NCBI GenBank assembly: GCA_028279825.1
Contig: JANQNA010000003.1
Span: 30,518-94,517, forward strand
Length of the DNA: 64,000 nt
From: an archaeon
Lineage (GTDB): Archaea; Aenigmatarchaeota; Aenigmatarchaeia; GW2011-AR5
Reading direction: 5' to 3'
Every line of letters starts with the position of its first letter. Position 1 is the stretch's first letter. Shown piece by piece: positions 29,606-39,498 of the stretch. The position numbers and the translations under genes are program-made. The notes below the pieces were generated by a model. That model saw only the letters and a program-made list of their open reading frames with translations. It made no database searches and was not told where the DNA came from.

Positions 29606-29889
29606 TCAATCTTCAGTATCCCTCTTTTTCTAAGCCACGAAACCTGTGTGTATGTGTATCTGTAAAGTACATCTGCTTTCTGATCCCCCTGTATGTCCCA
29701 GGGTTTGATAAGTATAACATCCCCTTCCTTTATCCATATCTTTTTCCTTATCCTTCCGGGTATCCTGCAGAGTCTTATTTTTTCATCCTGGCACCTGACA
29801 CGCAGCTTGTTTCCACCCAGCTTTGACTCAACAATACCAAGAATTTCGCCCGGTTTCGGTTGCTTTATTCTTATTGGTTCTTCTATCAT
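29602..29889 (-). CDS. eif1a: Translation initiation factor aIF-1A
   Basis: The 95-aa OB fold GEILGIVESKLGGNKLRVRCQDEKIRLCRIPGRIRKKIWIKEGDVILIKPWD is the eIF1A signature. Confidence 0.9.
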   Translation of the reverse strand: MIEEPIRIKQPKPGEILGIVESKLGGNKLRVRCQDEKIRLCRIPGRIRKKIWIKEGDVILIKPWDIQGDQKADVLYRYTYTQVSWLRKRGILKID

Positions 29890-29893
29890 AACA

Positions 29894-30493
29894 TTACCTT
29901 ATTGCATAGTAGTTTCTATAAAGTTTTTGACCTTTCTTTTCAGCAGCAAGCTTGAAAGTTTTTCTTATTTTATAGTTCTTCGCCAGTGCTTTTGCTGCTT
30001 TTCCTGCATTTGCCTTTCTCATTATCTTTATATTGTAACCTTCTTTCAGAGATTCGATACTAACAAGAGCTTTCTGCGGGACCAGTTTCCTAACCTGCTC
30101 CATTATTTTCTCCTTTTCAGGACCCCTTGCCTGTATCACAGCCTCGTAATAACCCCCGAAAAGTTTTACATGCATGTCGCACGTCTTCTTCCGCAGCACA
30201 ACCAGGATCTTCTTTGTTTCCTCTTTAGGCACGCCTTTTATTTTTCCAGTGCAGGTTATTTTAGTATAAACTTTATTTCCCACGATTTTCAGGTCAGTTT
30301 TTATCTTCTCCAGTTCATTCTCGCTTTTTACCCTGTCTTCCACATACTCCTTTATAGCCTCTTGTTTTATGCCGCAATGCTCGCAGAAACGTAGCTCTAG
30401 ATCTTTTGCTTCAAACAGTTTCTCTTTTTGCAAAAAACAATCCTCGCAAAAATTGTCAATCTTTGCCGTTTTGCCGCATTTTATGCAGAACAT
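29894..30493 (-). CDS. NMD3-family protein (short archaeal form)
   Basis: An N-terminal double Cys4 cluster (CIKCGK...CEDC...CEHCG) matches the NMD3 N-domain. At 199 aa it is shorter than typical NMD3. Confidence 0.6.
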   Translation of the reverse strand: MFCIKCGKTAKIDNFCEDCFLQKEKLFEAKDLELRFCEHCGIKQEAIKEYVEDRVKSENELEKIKTDLKIVGNKVYTKITCTGKIKGVPKEETKKILVVLRKKTCDMHVKLFGGYYEAVIQARGPEKEKIMEQVRKLVPQKALVSIESLKEGYNIKIMRKANAGKAAKALAKNYKIRKTFKLAAEKKGQKLYRNYYAIR

Positions 30494-30522
30494 GGTTAAA
30501 GTAAAGATTCAATCTATATAAA

Positions 30523-31578
30523 TTAGTAGAAAACGCGCCACAATATCAGTTCAAAAACGTAAGGATCATTGTCGAAAATGATCATATTTGACGCAAAGTG
30601 TATTGGTGCGGGTGTTTTGGTCACTGTGTCAAGACTGTAACTCTCACCGCTTCCCCACATGACTGCTGATTTCAAAAGATCGTCAATCTTCCTTGTGTTT
30701 GTACTGTTATGATCAACTCTTACGTAATCACCAAACCAGATAGCACGGCCGTTTCCGTTTATAGCATTGCCTCTGGCCCTGACGTAAGTCTTGCGGTTCA
30801 CAGGATCCAGGCCGGACATCATATCCTTCCCGTCACCAATGGCCAAGACCCCGTTGGAGTTGAAGCCGTTGAACTGGACAGCTGTCATATCCACTAAGTC
30901 AGTCTGGTTCACACCGGCGTAGTATCTTGCTGCATAGTGTGAAACATTTCCCGGATCAAACACTTCATAGAATATAGCAGTATCAGAACCTATTATACCG
31001 GCCCATGTAAGATTGAACAGCTGGCCTATGTAACCCTCTATGTCTGCCTGTGCAAGATTACTCAACAATATGACTGTGCCCCCATCCTCAACAAAATTCT
31101 CTATAGGTATCTTATTAGGCTCTATGTCAAGCTTGTAAAAGAAAAACACTATGTTGGTTTCTTCCGGTATATCATCAGTACTTACATTGGTTATTCGTAT
31201 GCTGGTCGGCCGGCCCTTGTACGTGAAATCCAAGGGATCCAGTATGGTATTGAGCTCCAGCAGATCCGTATACCCGCAGCTTACACAACCCACGTATATT
31301 ATGTTATTGGGTATGCCTTTTACGTTAACAGAGAAGTCAATGGTTTTTGGCAGGATGTTTGACAGGTATGTGTTAAGACCGTCACTGTCATCGTTTTGAA
31401 CATAAATTTTCAAGTCACCGCTAAAGTAAGAACTCTGCAGCACATCCTGGGAAATTACCTGCAAAGCGGAGTCTTCCCATTGGGAATCCGGCACAGTTTC
31501 TATGAAGAAAAATGTAAGAGAGGTAAGAATAATAATTGAAGCCACAATCGATTCCAGTATTCTTGCAAAACCTTTCAT
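30523..31578 (-). CDS. Prepilin-like protein (class III signal peptide MKG/FARILESIVASIIIL)
   Basis: The N-terminus is K-G followed by a hydrophobic helix. The rest is an NxS/T-rich extracellular domain. It is the last gene of the pilus operon. Confidence 0.55.
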   Translation of the reverse strand: MKGFARILESIVASIIILTSLTFFFIETVPDSQWEDSALQVISQDVLQSSYFSGDLKIYVQNDDSDGLNTYLSNILPKTIDFSVNVKGIPNNIIYVGCVSCGYTDLLELNTILDPLDFTYKGRPTSIRITNVSTDDIPEETNIVFFFYKLDIEPNKIPIENFVEDGGTVILLSNLAQADIEGYIGQLFNLTWAGIIGSDTAIFYEVFDPGNVSHYAARYYAGVNQTDLVDMTAVQFNGFNSNGVLAIGDGKDMMSGLDPVNRKTYVRARGNAINGNGRAIWFGDYVRVDHNSTNTRKIDDLLKSAVMWGSGESYSLDTVTKTPAPIHFASNMIIFDNDPYVFELILWRVFY

Positions 31579-31579
31579 T

Positions 31580-32101
31580 TTACATCACTGTTACCTTCAA
31601 ACGTATCATAGGCGTTATAGTTGAATTAAGAACGGCAAGCCTGACCGTGTGAAACTGGTGTCTTATATTGCTGCCGCCCGGATGTTCACATATAACACTG
31701 GATGTCCCTATGACCGGTGAATTGTCCATGTAAGTTGCCTCTATCTTTATTTCATTTCTGTAATTCATACCTAGCCTGTTCTTTGTGGCGTTATACCCTC
31801 CCGGACTGTTGCATATCTGGTTCATCTTGTCAAGCTTGTTTATGTCGATAAAGTATCTTTTCCCGGTAGAAAAACCAAATCGGTAGATGTCATCGATTAT
31901 TTCACCGTTCCAGTCCCTTGGGTAACCTTCGTCGAAGAGCAGCAATTCAGAGTACTGATGACTTTTTGATTTTATCCCCTCAGCCACTGCACTGTCATGA
32001 AATAGCGGTATATTGCCTACTATCATAGCTGCAACAAACGATATCGTAGTTATGAATACAAATACTGATATTATGAATTCTACTTCTACAATCCCTTTCA
32101 T
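31580..32101 (-). CDS. Prepilin-like protein (MKG/IVEVEFIISVFVFI)
   Basis: Class III signal-peptide-like N-terminus. 173 aa. Confidence 0.55.
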   Translation of the reverse strand: MKGIVEVEFIISVFVFITTISFVAAMIVGNIPLFHDSAVAEGIKSKSHQYSELLLFDEGYPRDWNGEIIDDIYRFGFSTGKRYFIDINKLDKMNQICNSPGGYNATKNRLGMNYRNEIKIEATYMDNSPVIGTSSVICEHPGGSNIRHQFHTVRLAVLNSTITPMIRLKVTVM

Positions 32102-32112
32102 AGAAGCACCAC

Positions 32113-33081
32113 CTAAATAATGCCCGTTTTTACAACTATTATGAATATCAGGAAACCGCTTACAAGCATTATCATGCTGTGCTTCATTCCAACGGCCATT
32201 GAATCTGAACCAATCTGACCGGCTATCAATCCGGAAAAGAATCCCTGTATCAGTATCATTGTCAGAAACAATGACTTATAATAAGACGCTGCATCACCCT
32301 CGGATCCTATGTCAAATGCAGTGGCTATTGAACCGAATATGTAACATCCACTGCATGCACTGTTTGATGTACCCACACAGGCAGAACACGGATTAGGATT
32401 GAATCCCTGCAGGCCAAAAGACCCGCTGCTTGTCTGTGCCTGGAGAAGCGGTATCAGGAATTTTATAAGAGCGATTGTTATGCCAAGGAATATGAAGAAT
32501 ATGGCATACATCATCATTACTTGTTGATTTAATAATGAAGCCTTTTCCTGCTGAGCCTCCTTGATAGATTCGATGTTGTTTGAAAGCGACTCCATCGTAG
32601 CCTCTACACTGCCGCCGGATTTGTTTGCCTGGTCAATAATAATCAGTGATCTTACAATAGTTTTGCTGTCTGCCACCCGTTCCCTGAAACTTCTAAGAAC
32701 CTTGTCCATGGGAACATTCCAGCTTAGCTGGTCGCTCATCTTCTTTATTTCCTTTGAAAGCATACCGTAGTCAGACTTTGCCGCAGAATGCAGGGCCTGT
32801 ATCAGTGACAGGTCAGCCCTCTGATTCTCCGCAAGATCCCTCAAAAAGTTCGGGAATTCACGTTCATAAGATCTTATCCTCTTCAGTCTAATGAACTTGT
32901 AGACACTGAAAGGAACAAAGATTATCAGCAGACTCAGGAACAGCATGTTTATCAGCAAAGGCGTGTTCCCGATAGCAGCAGATAGAGCAATAAGTCCGAA
33001 TGCAATCGCAATCGATATAATCAGTATTGACTGGCTCTTGCTCATCTTCTTTTTCTCTTTCTTCTCTTTGTGTTTTTTCAT
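32113..33081 (-). CDS. Type IV pilus/Tad-like inner-membrane platform protein (TadB/TadC/FlaJ family), part 1
   Basis: Polytopic membrane protein with a cytoplasmic helical domain in the T2SSF-like layout. It pairs with the adjacent second platform gene. Confidence 0.6.
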   Translation of the reverse strand: MKKHKEKKEKKKMSKSQSILIISIAIAFGLIALSAAIGNTPLLINMLFLSLLIIFVPFSVYKFIRLKRIRSYEREFPNFLRDLAENQRADLSLIQALHSAAKSDYGMLSKEIKKMSDQLSWNVPMDKVLRSFRERVADSKTIVRSLIIIDQANKSGGSVEATMESLSNNIESIKEAQQEKASLLNQQVMMMYAIFFIFLGITIALIKFLIPLLQAQTSSGSFGLQGFNPNPCSACVGTSNSACSGCYIFGSIATAFDIGSEGDAASYYKSLFLTMILIQGFFSGLIAGQIGSDSMAVGMKHSMIMLVSGFLIFIIVVKTGII

Positions 33082-33088
33082 ATAATCA

Positions 33089-33943
33089 CTAAGTAGGGTC
33101 TGCTGCCCTTATTAACACTATGAAAGCCACCGAAATAAACGGCAATAATATAAACACGACCATTGTCTGCACAAGTATAGTTCCAAGACCTGCAGATATT
33201 GTTGAGATTATGGATGAAAGTACTATGAAGAATATTGAACCGGTTATGATAAGGGTCAGGTACATTTCTACGTAAAGTGAAAGATCCTGCGAGTATTTTC
33301 TTATCCTTCTCCTGTAGTCATTCATGTACTCATCACCTTTCTCTTTCAGAAAAGTACCAAGATTTCCCCCGGTCATCATCATCGTGTTGATGCCGTAAAG
33401 AAGTTCCTTCAGGTCGTTGGACGGCGTTAATTTTGCCTGTTTCTTTATGGCTGCTGATGTCGTCATGCCAAAGAATTCAACGTCACGAACTATACTTTCA
33501 GCTTCTTTTGTCAGTTCTCCGTATTCCTTGAACTGGCTTATCGTTTTGAACACGCTTATCGGCGGCACATTCGAACTGGCTATTGTTGACATATAGGAGA
33601 CGGTAAACGGAAGCACTTTCCTTATTTTCCTGTCCCTGCCTTTTGATGCAGCTGTCGGATATGAATAGAAAAGGAAAAACAGCAGACCTGATATGGTCAG
33701 TGCCATGGTAATACCGAGTATAACCGATATTATAGGATTCATAAAGAGGCCGAACAGGAAAGAAAGTATCAAAGTCTCCATGATAAATGTCACAACCGTC
33801 GTGAACAGGGATATAGAAAGGTATTCTTCAAGTGTATAGTTTATGTTGGCCTTTTTGAGATCGTCTCTCATTTCAATGAAATAAGGCCGTATAGATTTGC
33901 TGAGCCCGCCAAAGAATTTGTATGATGCGTCTGCATAACTCAT
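33089..33943 (-). CDS. Type IV pilus/Tad-like inner-membrane platform protein (TadB/TadC/FlaJ family), part 2
   Basis: T2SSF-like layout (cytoplasmic domain plus 3 TM segments). It overlaps the ATPase gene by 4 nt. Confidence 0.6.
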   Translation of the reverse strand: MSYADASYKFFGGLSKSIRPYFIEMRDDLKKANINYTLEEYLSISLFTTVVTFIMETLILSFLFGLFMNPIISVILGITMALTISGLLFFLFYSYPTAASKGRDRKIRKVLPFTVSYMSTIASSNVPPISVFKTISQFKEYGELTKEAESIVRDVEFFGMTTSAAIKKQAKLTPSNDLKELLYGINTMMMTGGNLGTFLKEKGDEYMNDYRRRIRKYSQDLSLYVEMYLTLIITGSIFFIVLSSIISTISAGLGTILVQTMVVFILLPFISVAFIVLIRAADPT

Positions 33944-35724
33944 AACTCACCCTCAATTCTTCCTAGGAGGAAATCGGGCGAAAGATAGAACATACTTATT
34001 ACCGAGGCAATTTTTCTGTAGTCTGTTATTCCACGATTCACGAGCCATTTAAGGACCTTTGCACGGTTTTCGATTTCTCGCTTCACGTCTCTCTCAGTAA
34101 GTCCAACAGTATCTGAGATTTTTTTCAACAATGCACTCTTTCCTTCAAAATGAAACTTGTCGCGTTTTGCATCCCATGTCAACAGTTCATTTGTTATAGG
34201 TAATTTTGCCTCTTGGTCGTAGCCAACCACTTCCGTTACAGAGAAAATGCGTCTGTTGTACCTTCTGCCCTGCTTGACACGTTTTATAAAAACAATAAGG
34301 TCAAGGTTCTGCAGCAGGTTAGGTGCCAGACTTATAGGCGGTGATGTCATTCTGTCGAAAAGTTTGGAAAAGTTTTCCGCGTGTATTGTTGACAAACCAG
34401 GGTGACCTACAGCCATTTGCTGGAAAAGCACGTAGGCCTCTTTACCTCTGACTTCCCCTACTATGATATAATCAGGTCTCTGCCTCAGAGACTCCCTTAA
34501 AAGTTCAAACATGTCTACTCTCCCTTCCTCAGATATTGCCGTTCTGGCAACTTCAGGCACCCAGTGTGCGTGAGGGAGTCTGAGTTCGGACGTATCTTCT
34601 ATGCTTATGATTTTCATCTGAGGTTTGATGAACAGTGAGAGAACGTTAAGCAGCGAAGTTTTTCCGGAAGCAGTTCCGCCTGAAATAAGCACAGACGAGC
34701 CGTGTTCTATCAGGAACCAGAAGTACGCCATCATTCTTAGATCAGATGTACCATACCGTATCGTATCAACTGGTGTCATAGGTTTATCTGAGAACATTCT
34801 TATTGTAAAGTTACTGCCGTTTCTTGCTATGTCACTTCCAAGCGTTGCCTGCAGCCTTGCACCGCCCGGCAGGGTACCATCCAGTAATGGTCTTGCGACA
34901 GATATCGTCTTTCCTGATCTCTCTGAAAGTTTGTTTACAAACAGATCAAGCTCTTCAGAATCCTTGAATACCATATTGGTTCTTATCGAACCGAACTGCG
35001 GGTTTCTGTGATACACGTATATAGGAATATTGACGCCGTCACACGAGATATCCTCTATGTTCTTGTCATTCATGAGAGGTTCCAGTTTTTCTAGACCGAT
35101 GAAATCTCTTATTACGTAGTACCTTAGTATTTCTTCAGTATTTTTATCTACCTTGACTCTGAAGTATGCAAGTGCTCTCTCAAAGGCAGAGTTGAGGTAG
35201 CTAACAGCATCAGTTTTTCTTATCTGTGAGAAGTTTATGTCAAGTTTCTCCTGTATGTATTCTTTTATCTCCATCAGAGTTTTCTGGTTGTTGCCTATAG
35301 GCGGCTCCACAACGTTATAGATGACTTCACCGCTTTTTTTATCAAAGAAAATATGTGCGTAAGACATGACCTTCTCACCTTTCTTTGGCTCTGAAGGCAT
35401 AAGCGGATACTTCATATTCACAAGCCGCACGTCATCTATCTCGGGTATTGTAAGCTTTTCAGTATGAATCTTTGGGATTGTTATACCCTCAATTTCGGAT
35501 TTTTCTGCTATCTTCCTTGGTTCCCTGTGTCCATGGACAAATCTGCGCTGATCTATAAATTGTATGAAAGAACCGCCTGGAGGTTGCTGTTGCTGCTGTT
35601 GCATAGGCTGCTGCCGCCCGGTTATCACACCTGTCTTTATGGCGGCAATTTCCTCTGGAGTTCTTGGTTTTAGTACGAATTTCTTCCCGCCCTGTATTTT
35701 CAGCAAAAGTTTTTTATTGACCAT
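33940..35724 (-). CDS. Type IV pilus assembly ATPase (FlaI/TadA/VirB11 family) with N-terminal poly-Q tract
   Basis: Walker A ISGGTASGKTS, Asp box and His box (EDTSELRLPHAHWV), plus an N-terminal QQPMQQQQQQPPGG. Confidence 0.85.
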   Translation of the reverse strand: MVNKKLLLKIQGGKKFVLKPRTPEEIAAIKTGVITGRQQPMQQQQQQPPGGSFIQFIDQRRFVHGHREPRKIAEKSEIEGITIPKIHTEKLTIPEIDDVRLVNMKYPLMPSEPKKGEKVMSYAHIFFDKKSGEVIYNVVEPPIGNNQKTLMEIKEYIQEKLDINFSQIRKTDAVSYLNSAFERALAYFRVKVDKNTEEILRYYVIRDFIGLEKLEPLMNDKNIEDISCDGVNIPIYVYHRNPQFGSIRTNMVFKDSEELDLFVNKLSERSGKTISVARPLLDGTLPGGARLQATLGSDIARNGSNFTIRMFSDKPMTPVDTIRYGTSDLRMMAYFWFLIEHGSSVLISGGTASGKTSLLNVLSLFIKPQMKIISIEDTSELRLPHAHWVPEVARTAISEEGRVDMFELLRESLRQRPDYIIVGEVRGKEAYVLFQQMAVGHPGLSTIHAENFSKLFDRMTSPPISLAPNLLQNLDLIVFIKRVKQGRRYNRRIFSVTEVVGYDQEAKLPITNELLTWDAKRDKFHFEGKSALLKKISDTVGLTERDVKREIENRAKVLKWLVNRGITDYRKIASVISMFYLSPDFLLGRIEGEL

Positions 35725-35734
35725 AAGAAACCAC

Positions 35735-36169
35735 TTAATCCACTGACACTCTCTGTATTGTGATTTGCTCGTTTTTCAGTATCTCTACATACTGAGCAGT
35801 GCTCACAACCTCACTATTATTGATAACATTGTCGTAGTTTATATTAAAAAGTTGCCTCTCGATTCTCACGTCATTACTAAGTGTATTTATTATAACTTTC
35901 CCGCCATCAGCGTCTTTTATTGAAATTTTGTAGATCTCATCGGAAAGCATTATTGGGATTCTTAATCTAATGGAAGTGTTTTCCGACTGGGATGCCTTTA
36001 GAACAGCCTCTGCAACTAGATCTGACACACCCTCAAGCTGGTCGTACAGTGTAATTTCTCTTACAGTATCCTCAACATTTGCAAAATTTACGATAACATA
36101 TACTGTTATCAAAACACCAAGTCCGAATAGAATCATTTCGCTTAAAATTCTGTACTGCCCTTTCATCAT
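35735..36169 (-). CDS. Prepilin-like protein with KGQ motif (MMKG/QYRILSEMILFGLGVLI)
   Basis: Class III signal peptide with Gln at +1, as in EppA-processed euryarchaeal pilins. 144 aa. Confidence 0.6.
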   Translation of the reverse strand: MMKGQYRILSEMILFGLGVLITVYVIVNFANVEDTVREITLYDQLEGVSDLVAEAVLKASQSENTSIRLRIPIMLSDEIYKISIKDADGGKVIINTLSNDVRIERQLFNINYDNVINNSEVVSTAQYVEILKNEQITIQRVSVD

Positions 36170-36801
36170 ACTATACTTATTCTCACTGTACTCTTTATTA
36201 GAGTTCGTCCGTTATTATCGGCGGGTAAAATCGTCTGATCGCCCACGCTTTCAATAACAATTGTCCTGTCAAGGCCGCCTGAAGCGCCGTTACCGGTCAA
36301 TTCAATGACAAAATCCCTTGTTGTCTTGTCATTTCTGAGCTGTATGTATTCAAGCACATAGTCTGTCTCGTAAGATGTTTCCCCGTATTTTGTGCTCTTT
36401 ACTGTATAAATTACAGGATCGTCAACACCCCAGACGCCGTATCTTATTGTTGCATTGTATGGATCTAATTTTAGATTCGTAGATGAAGTCCTGCCCAGAG
36501 GTATGGGCGAGTCTATTGCATATATCGTGCCTTCTGTGGCAATTGATAGTTCAATTATTTTGCCGTCAAACCTGATTATGCCTGGTAATGTCACAACAAG
36601 CTGGTCTCTGCCGCCGTTATTTGCCACAAATTTTATCTTTGTATCCAAATCATGCATGAACGTTTCTGCTGTTTCCAGCAAAGAATTATCCTTGTTTTTC
36701 TGCACTAATGGTATACCCCAGAAATAAACAGAACCCACTACACCTATGAGTATTCCGGATATCAAGACAGCCGATAATGCTTCCTGTTGACCCTTTTTCA
36801 T
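36166..36801 (-). CDS. Prepilin-like protein with KGQ motif (MKKG/QQEALSAVLISGILIGVV)
   Basis: Class III signal peptide. 211 aa. It is the first gene of the pilus operon and overlaps the next gene by 4 nt. Confidence 0.6.
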   Translation of the reverse strand: MKKGQQEALSAVLISGILIGVVGSVYFWGIPLVQKNKDNSLLETAETFMHDLDTKIKFVANNGGRDQLVVTLPGIIRFDGKIIELSIATEGTIYAIDSPIPLGRTSSTNLKLDPYNATIRYGVWGVDDPVIYTVKSTKYGETSYETDYVLEYIQLRNDKTTRDFVIELTGNGASGGLDRTIVIESVGDQTILPADNNGRTLIKSTVRISIV

Positions 36802-36853
36802 AAATGTAATTATATCCGGGCCAATATAAATGTGATACAGTCAAGAAAACGGC

Positions 36854-37279
36854 TTACATAGGTCGTCTGGCAGGAGGTCTAACCTGCCTTGATTTCATAG
36901 CTGACAGAAGCATGGCATTTATTCTCTTCTCTAACTTCTGTATTCTGTCTTCCACATCTGAAGGTGTTGTTGTTTCCTCTTCTTCCTCATCCTCACTCTT
37001 GGCTTTCTCCTGGTTCATCTCTGTTATTTCTACTCTTTCCAAAAAGTTGCTCATTTTTCCAGTCAGCTGAGTAACGTTTGAGGATAATTCTGAAACTCTG
37101 TTGATCATTTCAGAATTTATTTTTACAACCTCGTCTACAATTCTTTGGTTTGTCCTTACAACATCTATGAGCTCTTTAACCATCTCTGTGCCCGAACCGC
37201 TTTTCTCTAATCTGTCAAGTCGCTTCTCCATTTTTCTCAAAGGACTGACAGGGATAAGTTCGTACTCTTCTTCATTCAT
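36854..37279 (-). CDS. Hypothetical acidic coiled-coil protein
   Basis: 141 aa with heptad repeats and a Glu-rich stretch. Confidence 0.45.
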   Translation of the reverse strand: MNEEEYELIPVSPLRKMEKRLDRLEKSGSGTEMVKELIDVVRTNQRIVDEVVKINSEMINRVSELSSNVTQLTGKMSNFLERVEITEMNQEKAKSEDEEEEETTTPSDVEDRIQKLEKRINAMLLSAMKSRQVRPPARRPM

Positions 37280-37323
37280 AATTATCTAACAAATCTTATG
37301 TAAAAGAGAATATAAAAAGCTAC

Positions 37324-38931
37324 TTAGTATTCCATACCGCCCATTCCAGGTGGCATACCGCCTGCTGGAGGACCGCTGGACGTCTTTGATGTTATAACAT
37401 CATCTATTCGAAGTATCATTTCTGATGCTTCAGAAGCAGATTTTATTGCCTGAGTCTTTATTTTCAGTGGTTCAACAACACCGGCCTTTTTCATGTCAGT
37501 TAGTTCCCCTTTTATGACATCAACACCGTAGTTTGTGTTTCCTTTCTCGTGCTGTGATCTTAGATTAACCAAAAGATCTATTGCATCCTTACCTGTAGAT
37601 TCTGCCAGAGTCCTTGGTATTATCTCAACAGCTTCCGCGAAAGCGTTTATTGCCAGTTGCTCACGACCCCCGACTGTTTCGGCATACTCTCTAAGCTTTC
37701 TGGAAAGTTCTATCTCTATAGAACCGCCGCCAGAAACAACTTTGCCGATTTCAGCTGCACTCATTACACCAAGAACAGCGTCGTCCATTGCCCTTTTTGC
37801 TTCATCTACAACGTGCTCTGTACCACCTCTCACGAGTATGGAGACAGATTTAGGATCTTTACATTCACGAACAAAAATCATCTCTTCTCCGGCTATTTTT
37901 ACTTCCTCAACAAGGCCTGCTTCACCAATGTCTGTTTTAGAAAGTTCCTCAATGCTGGAAACAACGTTTGCGCCTGTTGCCTTTGCCAGTTTTTCCATGT
38001 CACTTTTCTTGACTCTCCTGGCTGCAGACACTCCCTGTTTTGCAAGATAGTGCTGTGCTAAATCATCAATACCTTTCTGGCAGAAAAGAACGTTACATCC
38101 GGAATCCACGACTTTCTTTACCATGTCCTTCAGCATTCTTGATTCCTGTTCAATGAAGGCCTGCAGCTGTGTAGGATCTGTTATTCTTATCTCTGCGTTT
38201 GTTTCCGTTTCCTTTACTTCCATAGCTGCGTCCAGCAGTGCAATTTTTGCATTCTTCACTGACTTTGACATGTTTGCATGAACGATTTCCTTGTCAATGA
38301 CAATACCCTTTATTAGTTCGGTATCATCCATTGATCCGCCCTGCTTTTTCTCTATCTTAATATCATCCCTGTTTCTGCCACCAACTGTCTTTACAGCCTG
38401 CACAGCCAGTTTTGCCAGAGAATCTTTAGCAGCCTCACTGCCTTTTCCTGTCATGGCAGTCATTGCTATCTTTTCCAGTGTATCAGTATCGTCTATTGTT
38501 ATATCTTCTGAAATCTTCTGAAGGATTTCCAGAGCCTTTATCTTTGCCTGTCTGAACCCTCTGATTATCATTGTCGGATGAATATTCTGCTCTAAAAGCT
38601 GTTCTGACTTCTTAAGCAGCTCACCTGTAACAACAACAGCTGTAGTTGTGCCGTCACCTACCTCATCGTCCTGGGTTTTTGCCACTTCAACAATCATTTT
38701 AGCAGCAGGATGAACGATTTCTATCTCATTTAGAATAGTTGCACCGTCATTGGTGATGGTCACGTCACCTATGCTATCTACAAGCATTTTGTCCATGCCT
38801 TTTGGACCCAAAGTTGTACGAACATTATCAGCTACCTCTTTAGCAGCCGCTATATTCTTTGTTTGTGCATCCCTGCCGGTTGTTCTAAGCGTTCCTTCCG
38901 GCAAAATGAATATTGGTTGTGTTCCGTTCAT
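37324..38931 (-). CDS. ths: Thermosome (group II chaperonin) subunit
   Basis: TCP-1 signatures ([13 protein letters not shown]; VVTGEL; GDGTTTAV) and the C-terminal [12 protein letters not shown] tail. Confidence 0.92.
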   Translation of the reverse strand: MNGTQPIFILPEGTLRTTGRDAQTKNIAAAKEVADNVRTTLGPKGMDKMLVDSIGDVTITNDGATILNEIEIVHPAAKMIVEVAKTQDDEVGDGTTTAVVVTGELLKKSEQLLEQNIHPTMIIRGFRQAKIKALEILQKISEDITIDDTDTLEKIAMTAMTGKGSEAAKDSLAKLAVQAVKTVGGRNRDDIKIEKKQGGSMDDTELIKGIVIDKEIVHANMSKSVKNAKIALLDAAMEVKETETNAEIRITDPTQLQAFIEQESRMLKDMVKKVVDSGCNVLFCQKGIDDLAQHYLAKQGVSAARRVKKSDMEKLAKATGANVVSSIEELSKTDIGEAGLVEEVKIAGEEMIFVRECKDPKSVSILVRGGTEHVVDEAKRAMDDAVLGVMSAAEIGKVVSGGGSIEIELSRKLREYAETVGGREQLAINAFAEAVEIIPRTLAESTGKDAIDLLVNLRSQHEKGNTNYGVDVIKGELTDMKKAGVVEPLKIKTQAIKSASEASEMILRIDDVITSKTSSGPPAGGMPPGMGGMEY

Positions 38932-39066
38932 ATCAAATCACTCCTATGTTAACCGAAATCTTTTTATACTAATTCCTTTTAAGTAGTGACAAGTTGCCAT
39001 AAGTCACCAGAAGTACTATAGACTCGAAAAACTTCTTAAACCTTTCTTTTCCCGGGATTCCTGGTA

Positions 39067-39214
39067 TGGGCCGCGTGAGATTTGAACTCACGACCTCCTG
39101 CTAACCTAGATCACAACGATGTAAACTGTATGACGCATCTTGAATGCGTCTTTCTACTTCTTATCGTTGTGTGTCATATAAGACAGGTGCTCTACCAGGC
39201 TAAGCTAGCGGCCC
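39067..39214 (-). tRNA. Intron-containing tRNA, anticodon reads TAT (tRNA-Ile UAU) with a 74-nt structured intron at 37/38
   Basis: Reverse complement: GGGCCGC-TA-GCTT-AGCCTGGTA-GAGC-A-CCTGT-CTTATA|intron|A-GCAGG-AGGTC-GTGAG-TTCAAAT-CTCAC-GCGGCCC-A. Exon nt 32-35 CTTA pair with the intron 3' end TAGG to form the 4-bp BHB central helix. The intron holds a 9-bp helix CACAACGAT/ATCGTTGTG and an inner hairpin GACGCAT-tcaag-ATGCGTC. Confidence 0.7.
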
Positions 39215-39223
39215 GATCTGTAT

Positions 39224-39272
39224 TACGTAAAGCAGAAAAACGCCCCAAAGAACGTCAGTCAATTTACGTCTA
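39224..39272. promoter_or_regulatory. Conserved palindrome-rich intergenic element, copy 1
   Basis: TTACGTaAAGCAGAAAaACGccCCAAAGAACGTCAGtcaaTTtACGTCT is about 80 % identical to the element at 62624..62673. It lies in the upstream region of the minus-strand tRNA. Confidence 0.5.
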
Positions 39273-39498
39273 TAGACCTAACAACTGATTGATTAAAACT
39301 CTTTTAAGCTTTCAGAAAGCGATGGAACAAAAAAAAGCAGAAAGGACTTAACAATAACAAAAACAGTCCTAAATTAACCCGATTTATCTCTTCTTCTTTT
39401 TCTTTTTTGCCATTTATATCACCATTAGATAAAATAATGACGCTATTCCATATATATATTTTTCCGTAAGACAAAAATCAATTCTTTTAGAAAAAAAT

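Noticed and set aside
39067-39214. Alternative reading of the intron tRNA as Met/Trp/Tyr with the intron at a different position, using the CAT triplet inside the insert.
   Set aside because: Only the 37/38 placement gives a 4-bp central BHB helix (CTTA/TAGG) and a proper anticodon stem CCTGT/GCAGG. Other placements break the cloverleaf. The UAU reading is kept, with uncertainty stated.
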